Program-made: the position numbers and the translations under genes | Assembly (NCBI GenBank): GCA_964016885.1 | Contig: OZ024740.1 | Span: forward strand, 36,642,001 to 36,706,000 | Length of the DNA stretch: 64,000 nt | Origin: Eledone cirrhosa | Lineage: Eukaryota | Reading direction: 5' to 3' | In this document: piece by piece, positions 1 to 13,628 of the stretch | Layout: every line of letters starts with the position of its first letter | Numbering within the stretch: position 1 is the stretch's first letter | Notes under the pieces: model-generated | The model's database searches: none | Seen by the model: the letters and a program-made list of their open reading frames with translations, nothing else | Told to the model about the DNA's origin: nothing

Positions 1-30
1 TATATGTATATATATACATACACACACACT

Positions 31-76
<46 letters not shown>

Positions 77-83
77 GATATAT

Positions 84-122
<39 letters not shown>

Positions 123-123
<1 letters not shown>

Positions 124-809
124 CATCATCATCATCATCATCGTTTAACGTCCATATTCCACGCTTGCATGGGTTTGGACGGGAGTTTTCCCACTTGAGG
201 CAAGAGTGGTTGTCTTGCTCGCATAGGACTGTCTGGCGGGTTTTCTACGGCTGGATGCCCTTCCTAACACCAACCACATTTACAGTGTGGAACTGGGAGG
301 TTTTTACCGTGTTACCTACACGGCCACATTACAGCGTGGACTGTGTGTTTTGTTGTCGTGACACCTGCACGACCTCATTTGTTTCGGCCTGGATGTTGTG
401 GTACCAACATAACTTTACATTGAAAGGGGTGGTGTGGATGGGGTTGGAGTAGTGGGACGGGGGTGTATTTTGTTAGAGGTGCCTACTGACTGTAGTAGGT
501 TTTACTTTGTGTTTAGGTAAGGCGGGTCTTCTCTATTACTGTGTAGCGCCAAAGATCTCGGTCCAGTGACATTGTCTTGGAGAGGTGTAAGTGTGTGAGG
601 TCGGAATTTATCAAGTCGTCCCAGGTTTTTCTGGGTCTGCCTACTCCGTGGCTACCGTCTATTTTTTATTGCCCTGCACTTTTTTATACAGCTGTCGTCT
701 TTCATGCGCATCACGTGACCATACCAACGTAGCCTTCTCTCGAGTAAACAACATCTGATCCCTCTTATTTCTAATGTTTCCCTTAGTTCGTTTATGCTTT
801 GCCGTTCAC

Positions 810-810
<1 letters not shown>
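123..810 (-). mobile_element. RTE-clade LINE, 5'-truncated 3' end with (GAT)n tail
   Basis: Minus-strand translation of ~590-810 gives ERRLRWYGHVMRM...GVGRPRKTWDDLI, typical of the RTE ORF C-terminus. It is followed by a 3' UTR and a (CAT)n tract at 123-141 on the plus strand. Confidence 0.8.
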
Positions 811-843
<33 letters not shown>

Positions 844-1005
844 TTATACTTGGGGAGGGTCATATTTGTGTAATGATATTGTCAGAATTAATAACAGAAC
901 ACACTCACTGTTTGGTTGGTTTTCGCTTTTGTGGCTTTTATATCGGTTAATTTAATTTATTCGTTCCTCAATGTAGACACAATATAGACACAAACACATA
1001 TATAT

Positions 1006-1049
1006 AAAGTTCTTTCGTTGCACATCTGCAACATCGTCAGTGGTGCTAT
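1006..1049 (-). ncRNA. Degenerate minimal hammerhead ribozyme in pLTR
   Basis: Minus strand reads atagcacca-CTGACGA-tgttgca gatg tgcaac-GAAA-gaact. The 3' strand of helix I is eroded. The inverted pLTR copy at ~3733-3779 has a deleted core. Confidence 0.55.
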
Positions 1050-1356
1050 TATGTTTCCTCCCGTTGCATTGTATGCTTACGCCATCTTAATTTAGTCTGT
1101 TTATTTTTATTTTATTTTTTTGTCTTCTCTGCGCATGCGTTTGCGTGTGTGTATAGTGTTTTGTTTGATGTGTGTTCTTGTTTGGGTGACTGTGTATTGG
1201 TTAATGTATTCTATCTTAGTTTACTAGTGTGTGTTTATATGTGTTTGTTGTTATTGTGCTTGTGTATGTATTTATTTATTTATTTATTTATTTATGCTTC
1301 TCTTAGGTCAGTGTTGTTTGTTTGGGTGTTGTTGTTATTCCATTCATTTTTTTCTG

Positions 1357-3595
1357 TTTAGCCTTAGCCTTCTAAGTTCTATTTCGCTGGCCTCTCTGAT
1401 TTGCCTATCTGCTGGGTCATTCCTATGTTTAGATATTATTCTAACTTCTATGTTGTCTATGTTACCGTTGTGTTGTTTTCTGGCATGTTCGTATAGTACT
1501 GAACCGTTTATTCGTCCTTTTAGTTACCCCCAGTGTTGGTCTATCCTTTCACCTATGCTACGAGCTGTCTCGCCTATGTATGTTGTTGTCATGTTTCTGC
1601 AAGTACCCTATGTACATCTTATGCTATAGACTACGTTTCTAGTTTTACAGTTTATCCGGGGGTTTACCTTACATATGATACATTTCCTATTAGTACAGTG
1701 GGTTTTCTTAAAAGGGAAGGTTTTGCTGATCAGGGATTTTATGGTGGTTCCTGGCTTTTCTACCACCTTAATCTTTAAGTGGGTCTTTCTCACGGCTTTA
1801 TACACTGGTTAGCTAATTTACCTCCACGGGTAGCGTCCACAAACATGACACTCTGGTATCTCTGGTTGTCGTACCATAAGGTGGCTTTCCCTATCTTATG
1901 TCTTGTCCTATCTAAGCTCTTCCATGATTTGCTCCTGTATAATGGGCAAATTCCTTTCATGTCCAGTTCTATGAGGGTCTTATACTGCTCCGTGGCTCCT
2001 TCGTATACTCTGATTCTGTCTCTTTGGTTGTAGCCAGAGAACTGCATGCGGTTGATGAAGTGTTGGATGTGTCTTTCCATTTCTGTTGGATCGCACATGC
2101 AGGACACGTTCCTCATCACTCGTACCAAGTCTGCGATCAGAATATTAAACTTAGCACTACTGGACATTGCTGAGTTTTTGAGTATCAGGTATTTGGAGGC
2201 CATGGGTTTAGCATAGTGTGAGTGGAGAATTTGGGCTCTCTCGTCTATAGTGTTAATCCAGAGTTCCGTGTCTAATACAGGTAGTCTATTGTTAGGGTGT
2301 TTGGAAGGGTAGTCGATAGGTACAGTTATACTCTGGTGTATGGAATTAGCTATCTGCTGGATGCTTTCCATTGTGCTACGTTCTAAATCAAACTTGTTAG
2401 TGCTGTCTAGTGAGGATGTTCTTATAACTATATTGATATCGTCTACGTAACTCCTTTCCCACCATACCATAAAAAGGTTGGCAACGTCACCAGCTATGCT
2501 GACGCCGATGGTTGCTCCCTCATTTTGGGTGTAGATCTCGTTGAACTTGAATATGTAGCCCTTTAGGGTAGTTTTGATACTAGCCCCTATTGCATGTGCG
2601 ACCATTTTTCTTACCTGATCATTGTTTTGGGGGGTCCGTACAGCTTTGGTCCACCCAATTCACCTTCCCATGGGAATCTTTTTTGCCATTGAGGTTATCG
2701 ATGGGGGGTCTACCTCTTATGGGTCTACTGGGGCAGAAACATCTAAGGTCATAGCTGTCTAGGTAGTCAGTGTCGTAGGTAAGTCTAAGTAGGAGGCCCA
2801 GTTCGTCTGTGTAGACGTCGCAGAACTCCACCTCACTCTTAATGATCATCTCCACACATTTTTCCACAGCAAAATCAATGTTAAGTTCGTCTGTGTAGAC
2901 GTCGCAGAACTCCACCTCACTCTTAATGATCATCTCCACACATTTTTCCACAGCAAAATCAATGTTAATGGATGGGTACAGTAATACCACATCCATACTG
3001 CCTATTATGCAGTTGGATAGGTTCCTGTTTTTGTTGCACTCACTGATTCTGCTGAGGAGGTCCTCTGTACTGTCACATGCATCTGGGGACATCTTGATTG
3101 TGGGCGTATAACCATTGAGAGGAAGTGGGAGATCCTGTAGTTGCTAGCTATATTAGCTCCGCATTCGGGTCTTGTTGGTGGTCCTGATGTCGGGTCGTCG
3201 ACTGTTTCGTGGTCTTTGCGGAGCACATACAAGGGTTGTATGCCATTGTTGGATGCCTGGAAGTTGTTGGCAGTGCGTCTGCTTGGCTTTAGGATGTCGG
3301 TCTACGTCATCATGTGAGCGTTGAGGATTTTCTCTCTCCCATCATGTATTTGCTGTGCAATTTCGCTCGTGTTGGTGATGTGGGGTCGCATAGCCTTGAT
3401 GTAGTTCGGCATGCTGTCTATTGACATCCTACCAGATTTATCCGTGGGTAGACATACTACCCCACCATCCCTTGTGCGCTGCTTGAGGCTAACCAAGCCT
3501 TCTACAGGTTTCCTCCCAAGTTGTTGGACCTCTGGTCTGTACTGTCTCTTAGTATACCGGTCTACTATTTGTCTAATCTTATTTCTAGCTATGGT
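1357..3595 (-). pseudogene. Frameshifted PLE RT/GIY-YIG ORF
   Basis: ORF pieces 3302-3595, 3005-3232, 2619-3092, 1790-2605 and 1608-1805 are collinear parts of one PLE protein. Confidence 0.85.
2800..2967. repeat. 84-bp in-frame tandem duplication inside PLE RT
   Basis: NIDFAVEKCVEMIIKSEVEFCDVYTDEL occurs twice consecutively in ORF 2619-3092. Confidence 0.9.
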
Positions 3596-4016
3596 GAATA
3601 CACAGTCACGGAAATAAGAACACACATCAAACAAAACACTATACACACACGCAAACGTATGCGCAGAGAAGACAAAAAAATAAATAAATAAATAAATAAA
3701 CAGACTAAATACAATGCAACGGGAGGAAACATAATAGACGATGTTGCAGATGTGCAACGAAGGAACTTTGATAGACTATATATATGTGTTTGTGTCTATA
3801 TTGAATCTGTATTTTTGACCGTTAGTCAGTCAATGGCAACATTGAGGACCGAATAAATTAAATTAACCGATACAAAAGACACAGAAGCGAAAACCAACCA
3901 AACAGTGAGTGTGTTCTGTCATTAATTCTGGCAATATTATTACACAAATATGACCTTCCCCAAGTATAACAATATTTATTTCGACACACGATTTCATATA
4001 AAAAACCTCGCAAAAC

Positions 4017-4084
<68 letters not shown>

Positions 4085-4091
<7 letters not shown>

Positions 4092-4774
4092 ATAGAGGTG
4101 TAACACACGAGTTATGATATATTGGTAAACGGAAAAGAAAATGCTGACAAATTGTTCACAGTGAAAAATAGTTTAATTAGGAATAAGTGAAAATTAGTAA
4201 TAGTATTGGTTAGTATTCAGTTTTGGTTTTAAGTTTTACCGGTTGGCCATTTCTAATGCTTTTCCAAAATAATTTTGAAATAGAGCGTCCGTGATGTTTG
4301 CTCTAATCTGATTAGTTTTGGAAATTCTATCTGTTTTTATGTGAAAAAAGTGGCTCCAGAGGTATTAAAATAAGTTTCGCGCCAATTCGTGTTGCAGTAA
4401 TTCTTGTGGTCAAAACAATTTTGATTGGTCAGTAGAGGTCATGTGAATGTTAAAAATTGATTTTGCGCCAAATGTAGGTTTTTGTCGGCTGATTAAGAAG
4501 TCACTGAAAAATAAGTCTTTCAAAACAAATATGTGTGTGTGTGTGTGTGTGTAGTAGTAGTAAAGAGGTTCGTCGTTGTGATAATGGTCAGCAGGTATGT
4601 GTGTGCGAACCGCAGCCTGTTGACAGTTCAAATGCCTATTAAGACAAGTGTGTGTGTGTGTGTGTAGCAGAGTAATTCGTGGTAGAGGGATGGTCAGTAG
4701 GAATGTGTCTGTAAGTGTGTGGGGGATATTTTAACATGTTAAAAGATATTTTTCAGCTCTTGTCTTATACGGAG

Positions 4775-4827
<53 letters not shown>

Positions 4828-7799
4828 TCTTTGTATGTTAATGTACGCGTGTGTATGTGTGTGTGTGTGGGGGTGGACCAGTATGTTTGTGATACTGGTA
4901 AAATGGTGTACATTATTCGATATTTTCAGTAAAAACGATTCTCTCAATAGAACATCAAAAACCTTAATAATAAAAGGTGTGAAATGATATATAATATTGG
5001 CATAATACCAATGTGTGTGTGAGTTTCCAGATTGTACGTACTGCAAGGGGAATCCATTAGGCCTTGCCGTATTGGAATACTTGTGTACAAATATGTATGT
5101 GCCCATCAGTGTGCAATGCATGTGTGCGTTTATGTATGTGTGTGTGTCGGCACGTTTATATCTATAGACATCAAAAGGTATGCAAATTTGTGTATATTTG
5201 TGTTGCACCATAGAACATGTGTGTTTACGTATGTCATTGTGTTTATATGTGGATAGAGATGTATGCTGATGTAGGTATGTATGTTGACGTGTGTATGTTG
5301 TGGGTTCGTCTTAGTGAGAAGTGTTTAGACGAGGTCCGTATTTGTGAATAAGTAAGATTCCTTGTTGATGCGCTGGGTGTGTGTGGCATTATCTTTAAAT
5401 TTGTAGAGGGGAAAGATTCTGAAGTTGGGATGATTTTGGGCGGCACAAGTATCAATGTATTCACTCAGTGGTATTACCCTGTATTCCCGTATTTTAATTT
5501 GGGATCTATGCACAGTCATGCGTTGGCGGAGGCTGATTTTGGTCTGGCCTATGTATTGTTCTCGACAACCTGAGCAAGTTAATACATATGTTAGATTTTC
5601 TGATGTGCATGTGAAATTGTGTTTTACTATAAAACGTTGTCCTTCTTTGAAATAGAATTCCGAACCCTCTATTAGGTTGATGCATATTCCACAGTTGGGT
5701 CTATCGCATTTTTTTACTGTGGGTTTCGTTGTTGTGGTTTGCAGTACTTTGGCATGTGTTAGGATGTTTTTCATTGACTTAGATTGTCTTTTGCTCTTTA
5801 TGATATCGTGTGTTCGTAGGATTTGGTTCATTCTATGGTCCTTTTTCAACACAGGGATGTTCTGGAGGATGGTGTCAAAGGCCTCATTGTTGAGGGGGTT
5901 GTGTGTGGAGATGTATGGAAGAGCTTTTAGTTTCGGTTGATTTACTTTAGGGTGTCTAAGGTCCTGCGTACTGAGTTTTAGGGCACGTTGGATTCCATTG
6001 TCAATTAGTGATGCAGGGTAGTCCCTGCCTATGAGTGTGTCCTTTAGTTCTTGTAGCCGTAAGTAGCAGGTGTTTTTTTTCGAGACTATAGTACAGATTC
6101 TCTTGGCTAAGTTGTATGGAATATTAATTTTAACGTGTCTAGGGGGGCAAGAGTTGAAAGGAAGATATTGCTTGGAGTCTGTGGGCTTGTAGTATATGTC
6201 TGTTTCTATTTTTTTGTTATGGATCTTAATGAGGATGTCGAGGAAGGGGAGTTGTTGATGGCTGTATTCCATCGTGAAGTTAATATTCGTGTTGAGCCCA
6301 TTTATAAGGGTGTGAAATTCTTTAAGTTTCTCGATGTTTTCGTGCGAAAGGATGAAGCAGTCATCTAGATATCGCTTCCAGTTCCTTTCTATGTGTAAGT
6401 GGAGAGTGTTTCCAAATTTGTTTAGGACTTTAGTGTAGAGGGTGATTTCCAGGTATCCCATGACTAGGTTGGCATAAGTGGGGGCTGTTTTCGTTCCCAT
6501 AGCGGTCCCAGATTTCTGCCTGTAGGGTTTGTTATTGAAAACAAAGTAATTGTTCTCCAAGATAAATTTGAGTCCCTCTATCACGAATTCTTTTTTGATG
6601 CGTTGTAGGAGTTCATTGTGGTAATTATCCAGCCAGAATTGGATAGCTTCTATTCCTAGGTTGTAGGGGATGTTGGAGTATAGGTTGACTACATCGAACG
6701 TCACTAGTAGGGTTTGTTCAGAAAGGGGCATATTAGGGAGGTGATTGAGCATATCTAGGTCGTCCCTTATATAGCTTTTGATGTGTTTGAGAAAAGGCTT
6801 GAGAAGGGTATCAATGAAGTTGCTAAGGTGGTGGGTTTCACAAGCGTGGCCTGCTATTATAGGTATTAATTTGAGATCATTGGGTGAGGGACATTGATGA
6901 CTATGTCTGTGGCTTCCTTGCATGCCTTACTTATTAATTCGCCTTTATGTACTTTAGGGATACCGTAGAAAAGGCTGGACTTACTTGTGAAGTCTGTGAT
7001 GAAGCTGAATTCCTTGTTAGTGAGTCCTTCTTTGTATTGGTTGATCAGAGTTTTTAGGTTTCTCATAATTTTCTGTTGATTGTCGTGTTCAGCCTTTTCG
7101 TAGTATGTTTCGTTTTCCAAAGTGGAGAACGCTAAGTTGATATAGAATTCTGTCTCCATTAGGACTACTGTACTCCCTTTATCAGCCTCTTTAATTGTAA
7201 TGGTTCTGTCGGTTTTTAATCTATTTAATTCTTCCCATTCTTTCTTGTTTAGGTTTGGCTTGTGTTTTTGTCTGTGCAAGTGTTGGTAAGGGAAGTTTGT
7301 GATGTGTTCACAGAATTCGTCCAGGATTTTATTTCTACTTTTTGATGGGGTGTAATTGCTTCTATTTCTGGCTAATGATTTATCCTCATTGTACTGGTCG
7401 AATAGTTGTTCACTGAGTCGTAACTTTCTACAAAAGTCTGTGATGTCTTCCTTCATTTCATAGTAGTTAGGACGTAGTGGGGTCAGTGTGAATTTAAGAC
7501 CTTTGGAGAGTAAGTTGATAAGGTTGGGTGTTGGTTTTGCACTAGTTAGATTGATCATTTTTATTACTCTCGGTTTCTCCTCCCTGTCTTTTGTTATTTT
7601 GTTTGCCTCTATCTGTGTGGTGTGTCTAAAAAATGGTTGTGGTAGAGGGGTTGTCTGCTGATGTTAAGTGGTCTCCTGTGTTTGTTATATTCCTTGTTGT
7701 TGTAAAATGTGGTTCGGGTTGGTGGTTGTAGATTGAATGGGGTGTTCCTGTATTGCGAATATGGATGTGTGTTTCTATGTGCCATGTTGGATTGTGGTG

Positions 7800-7800
<1 letters not shown>
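4085..7800 (-). mobile_element. Penelope-like retroelement, Neptune-like
   Basis: ORFs 6866-7558 and 5325-6923 contain LSKGLKF, KEADKG, FDVVNLYSNIP, GTAMGTKTAPTYANLVMG, WKRYLDDCF, YKPTD, CDRPNCGIC and LTYVLTC...YIGQT. Both sides are bounded by (TA)n. Confidence 0.92.
5325..7558 (-). pseudogene. PLE reverse transcriptase/GIY-YIG endonuclease, one frameshift near 6870-6920
   Basis: Two overlapping ORFs (230 aa + 532 aa) form a nearly complete PLE protein. Confidence 0.9.
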
Positions 7801-7855
<55 letters not shown>

Positions 7856-8061
7856 ACAGGGAGAAAGAGACGATTATGAGGAAGAAAAATATTTTTTTCC
7901 CCCTTTTTTTCCCCCCTTTTTTTGTCTCTCTCTCTCTCTCTCTTCTTGGTTAGAAAATAATTAAAACGAAATGTTTTACTTTGTGTGAAGTGTTAAGGTA
8001 TTAGTTGATTTATTTATTATTTAACAATGGCATTTATTTATCTATTTATATATTTAATTAT

Positions 8062-8109
8062 TGTCTATTACCGGTTTCTGCATTTATATGCATTATCAAA
8101 TGTTAAACA
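8062..8109 (-). ncRNA. Minimal hammerhead ribozyme, U3-A8 core variant
   Basis: Minus strand reads tgtttaacat-TTGATAA-tgcat ataa atgca-GAAA-ccgg-TA-atagaca. Stem II is a perfect 5 bp and stem III (accggt) is palindromic. It lies in the 3' region of the PLE. Confidence 0.6.
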
Positions 8110-10799
8110 GAAGGTGCAGAAAGAATAATGTTATATACAAACAAGGTTTAAGAAGTGAAAAGAAAAATGAAAAAGGAAAAAAAACGTGCATAATGTGGAA
8201 CGTAAAAGTCAATGTGGACGAAAAAATAATAATGTTATTTACAAGCACAGTCATTGAAGTTAAGCAATTCAAAATGTGTTAATATCGCAAGAATGCTTAG
8301 TTGAACCATGGTTCCCTGAAGGAGGCAAATGGTGGACTGTGGTTTGATATGATTTCCCTTTTTAGAGAGTTAATATGCAGGGGAAGCAATTCTTGCTGGG
8401 TGATATTTAATTTATTTAAGAAAAAGGATTAAGTAGGGTGTGAGGGAGGTAACTCTTGTAAATGTTTGATGGTTTGTTGCAGTTTTAGATTGGTCCGATT
8501 TTTAGGGCATTGAGTAGTGGTTGAAATTTATTAATGAAATGTGTTTCCTTATTGGTGCGTTGGATGAAAGTAGCGTTGTCTATGAATTTGTAAATGGGGA
8601 ACATTTTAAAGTTTGGATGTTGGTTGAGAGCACAATTGGCGATATGTTCACTAAATGCAATCTTTCTGTATTCCTGTATTTTAATTTGTGATTTATGGAC
8701 GGTCGCTGTTTTTTGTCTGTCCTATGTAGTGCTCTTGACAACCTGAGCCGGTCAAAACATAGATAAGGTTTTCAGATGCACATGTAAAGTTGTGTTTAAC
8801 TGTGAAACGTTGTCCTTGTTTAAAATGGAATGTTGAACCTTCTATTAGATTTATGCATATGCCACAGTTGGGTCTTCCGCATTTTGTTACTGTAGGGTTT
8901 AGTGTGAGGGTTTGTTGGAATTTGGCTTGTGTGAGGATGTTTTTTATGGATTTGGGTTGTCTTTTGCTCTTTATGATGTTGTGTGTTTGGAGGATATTGT
9001 TCATTCTTGGGTCTCTTTTTAGTAAAGGAATGTTCTGGAGGATGGTGTTGAATGCCTCATTGTTGAGGGGGTTGTGTGTGGAGATGTATGGTAGAGTTTT
9101 TTGTTGCGGTTCACTCCTGGGTTTGGGGTGTCTGAGTTCCTGGATGTCTAGTTTTAGGGCACGTTGGAATCCATTGGTGATTAGGGATGGTGGGTAGTTT
9201 CTGCTGATAAGTGTGTTTTTTAATTCTTCTAGTCGTCTGTAGCATGAGTATTTATCTGAAACTATTGTGCAGATCCTTCTGGCTAGGTTTAAGGAATTGC
9301 CATTTTGGTGTGTCTAGGGTGGCACAAGTTGAATGGAAGGTATTGTTTGGAGTCTGTGGGTTTGTAGTATATTTCTGTTTCTATTTTGTTGCTTGTTTTC
9401 TTGATGAGGATGTCGAGGAAAGAGAGTCGTTCATGGCTGTAATCCATTGTGAATTGTAAGTTATTGTTGAGCTCATTCAGAAGGGTTTTGAACTCAATCA
9501 GTCTATCTATACTTTCATGCCAGAGGATGAAGCAGTCGTCCAGATATCTCTTCCAAATATCTTTTCTATGTGTTGGTAGAAGTGGTTGCTGTATTTGTCT
9601 AGAACTTTGCGGTAGAGAATGGTTTCCAAATATCCCATGACAAGGTTGGCGTATGAGGGGGCCACTTTCGTGCCCATGGCAGTCCCAGATTTCTGTCTGT
9701 AGTATTTGGCATTGAATTCGAAGAAATTGTTTTCCAAGATTCCTTCCAACACAAATTCTTTAGGGATGCGCTGTGGAAGTTCACTAGAGAAATTTTCCAT
9801 CCAGAATTGTATTGCATCTATACCTAGGTTGTGTGGGATATTGGAATATAAATTGATGACATCAAAGGTTACTAGTAGGATATGTTCGTTATTGAGTGTT
9901 GTTGGGAGGTGGTTGAGCATGTCAAGGTTGTCCCTTATGAAGCTTTTTATATGTTTTAGGAAAGGTTTAAGCAAAATATCTAGGAAGTTGCTTAGGCGAT
10001 GGGTTTCACATGTGGTGCCTGCTATTATGGGTCTTAATTTAATGTCATCAGGAGGGGCTATATTGATGTAAACGTCTGTGGCTTGCTTGCAGGCCCTGCC
10101 TATTACTTCGCTTTTGTGTGTCTTGGGGATACTGTAGACGAGGCTGGTTCTGCTTTTGAAATTGGTGATGTTGTTGTATTCCTTGTCTGTAAGGCCTTCT
10201 TTGTAAAGGGTTGTTAGGGATTTTAGGTTTCTCATTATTTTCTGTTGTGTGTAGTGTTGGGCCTTTTCATAATATGTTTGGTTTTCTAGAGTTGAGAGTA
10301 CTAGAGTTTTGTAATAATCTGTCTCCATAAGGACTACTGCACTCCCTTTATCTTCCTCTTTGATTGTTAGGGTTTTGTCGTTTTTTAGACTGTTAAGACC
10401 ATTCCATTCTTTTTTGCTTAGGTTTGGTTTTTGTTTATGTCTGTGTAGGTGGTGGTATGGGTAATTAGTAATGTGTTCGCAGAATTGATCAAGGAATTTA
10501 TTCTTGCCTTTTGGTGGGGTGTAATTGCTTCTATTTCTAGCTATTGAGTCATCCTCACTGTATTTGTTGTATAGTTGTTCGCTGAGTCTTAGTTTTCTAC
10601 AGAATTCTGCAATATCTTCCTTCATTTCGAGGTAGTTTGGTTGTTGGGGAGTTGGTGTAAATTTTAGACCTTTGGAGAGTATGTTGGTTTGGTCTGTTGT
10701 TAATTGTTTGGAGGTTAAATTGACAATTTGTATTGCATTTTGTGTCTCCTGTGTGTTTTGTGTTATCTTGTAATCCTGTGTCTGTGTGCTGTGTCTCAA

Positions 10800-11225
10800 A
10801 AATGATTACGGAAGTTGTGATGGCTGTTGAAGTTTGGATGTCTCTTATGGTTGTATTGGCTCCAGCTGTTGTTGTTAGATGGTGTGTAGCTGTGGTGGTT
10901 GTTGAGTTTAGGTTGTATCGTGTGGTTGTATTGAGCCCTGCTGATGTTGTTGTAGGGTGTGTAGATTTGATGGACGTGGTTGTAGGGTGTGAAGTTGTGG
11001 TGGTTGTTGAAGTTGGGTTGTAACGTTGTGGTTGTGTTGAGCACTGCTGTTGTTGTAGGGTGTGTAGACTTGGTGGTAGTTGTAGTAGGGTTGTCTTGTG
11101 TGTTCATATTGAGTCCTGTTGTTGCTGTTATATGGTGTGTCGCTATGGTGGTTGTAGTGGTTAGGGTGTCTGGTGTGGTTGTATTGTCCCCTGCTGGTGT
11201 TGTTGTAGTAGGGTGTGGTAAGTGA
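10800..11225. repeat. Imperfect tandem repeats in PLE N-terminal low-complexity coding region (Thr/Asn/His-rich)
   Basis: Recurrent gttgtattgagccctgctg...tgttgtagggtgtgtag units. Confidence 0.6.
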
Positions 11226-11670
11226 GGGGGGTGGGGTAGAATACGGTTTCCTTATACCTGGTGTGTGCTTGTGAGGCCCTGTGTGACATGTGTGGTAGTT
11301 GTGTATTTTTGGTTCTATATTGGGAGTAATGATGGTTGTGGGTTTGTTGTGTGGGGAAGTTAGGGGGGGTTGTAAGTGTGGGGGGTTTTATGGTTTCTCC
11401 TGGTAGGTGAGAAGTTGTAGTGTCTATCTTGTAGTTGATGTTTCTCTATTACTATATTTGTTGCTTAGGAGTCCGTGTGATAGTTGTGTGGAAGGTATAG
11501 GAGGTAGGGGCGAGGTGATGCCTTCTTTTGTTGGTATGTGGGGAGGTATTGTTTTTTTTGTTGTTGTTGGTTGTTGTGTGTTGTTTGAGTGTTGATTGAG
11601 TTTTCTTGTTATTATGGTTTTAATGAAGGCGTTCTTGGATGTGTGTTCTTTTTGGAAAAGTATTTCATAG

Positions 11671-11744
<74 letters not shown>

Positions 11745-11748
11745 GTTA

Positions 11749-11875
<127 letters not shown>

Positions 11876-11951
11876 ATTTATATATATATGTATATATATA
11901 TAGATGTACATACACACACACACACATATATATATATTTGTATATATATAT

Positions 11952-12009
<58 letters not shown>

Positions 12010-12909
12010 GAAAATGTGTGTAATCCTTGGTAAAGTTAGGTATATTAAGAGAGGGGAGAAGAAAAAAAAATGGCTTCACTTGTGCTTTCAACAAATTTAT
12101 TTTCTTCACAAAATCCCAAAAGAATTTTCTTCCGGATTAGAAAAAATTTTTTGGGGATTAGAAAAAATTTTTTCTTAAAAAAAATTATTTTATAAATTAA
12201 GTTGTTGGTTGTTGGTTAGGTCTTAGGAGTTCTTGGTTAACGTAGGAGGTATTGTTTCGTTTTTAGAACGACCTTTCACGCTGAGGTGCGCTTGTCAAAC
12301 TGATGTGTATGTGGTGTGTTGTTCTATATATAGGGATTTAACATGTCTGTGGTGTGGTGGGGGTTTTTTTCTCCCCTTTAATAAGTGTAGGGGTGTAGGT
12401 GTGTTGAAAAAGTGTTAATAGCAGTAATGAATTGAGACGGTGAGTAGGGTTGGGTGGGGAGAAATGTAGCAAGTCCGGCCTGCCCCGGTCATTCTCGAAA
12501 AATTCCTTTATTCAGGGGAAAAAGCTTTTAGTATTCCTTTGTATCGAAAATGGTCATAGGCAAACCGCACCTGCCAAGTTTGTAAACAATTATTTTTTTC
12601 TGAAGAATTTTTCTACGTCCATCCCAAAATTAGTCCTTTGTTCAACACACACATATGTGCGCATATACGTACACACACATACGGGCATATGTATGAATAT
12701 ATAGGCACACACCATCAATCACACACCCATTTACATATACATCCACATACATACATAAAAACATATAAAGACACATATAAAAACACATATATACATGCGT
12801 ACGCACACGAATATGTACTCATACCTCCACATGGGTATATATATATACATACATACATATACATACATATACACACATAAAGATACATAACTAAATATAC
12901 ATATATACA

Positions 12910-13522
12910 CATGGTGGTGGCTGCCAACTCGTTTTCGAGTACGGCCACTACTTTATAGCCATGTAGGAGAACCCCCACCGATGCGCCGAACGAGCGTGAC
13001 TTTCCAGTCCAGCCAGCGACTTGAAAACTCTGGCACAAACACTACACTTGTGACAACCATTGACACATAGCGCTGGGCCCACGGCACCATGCGACGACAA
13101 GTGCAGAGCGATCCCCAGATATAAAGCAATGCCTGTGCCGTGAAGCTTTTATAGTGAGCAAAGGCACTGCACAAAGCCAGTCCCACTCTCTTAACCAAGA
13201 TGATATTTACCAAAAAGAAGAACAAGTCAACATAATTGGATACCATCAGGGTTGCAGGTGTTATATCAAAGTTTTCCTTCTCCTAGAATTCTGCCTTGAC
13301 AAAGGCTAAAGGGTCATCTCTCCCGGTGATTTTGGATGGTCATTGACTCTTAAGAGCTCCTTTGCCCTTTGACAGGTTTTGTTTTTAGTCCTGCATGATG
13401 TCCAAAGTCACCCTCCTCACCAAGAAACCTTGGTGGGGTTGCCAGTTTAGTCGCCAACGACCCGACCATGAGACAGGTTGTACTGGGATACATGTTACCA
13501 GTAGCACCAACTGGTGACCTGA
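12910..13522 (-). mobile_element. Bipartite RTE-derived non-autonomous retroelement, copy 1
   Basis: ~610 bp. It has an RTE-like 5' UTR (ggcaaccccacc, ctaggagaaggaaaact), a C-terminal C2H2 finger remnant (HKCSVCxRVFKSLAGLxSHxRSAHR) and a (TATG)n-type tail. Near-identical copies lie at 25.3, 30.1, 30.8 and 31.5 kb. Confidence 0.75.
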
Positions 13523-13588
13523 CATATATACACATACACGCACACATACACACACATACACGCACACATACACACACGCGCGCGCGCG

Positions 13589-13628
<40 letters not shown>

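Larger units (their letters stand above)
842..3971 (-). mobile_element. Penelope-like retroelement (possibly Nematis-type), 5'-truncated, with inverted pseudo-LTR
   Basis: RT motifs GSMDVVLLYPSI, GVSIAGDVANLFMVWW and YVDDINI; Cys linker CTNRKCIIC; GIY-YIG remnants VVYSIRC and YIGETARSIGER. 3597-3971 is an inverted copy of 843-1198. The clade call is tentative. Confidence 0.88.

Noticed and set aside
13400-13522. HDV-like ribozyme at the 5' end of the RTE-derived element
   Set aside because: GGTCACC/GGTGACT looks like P1, but there is no P3/L3 or P1.1, and both strands have alternative partners.
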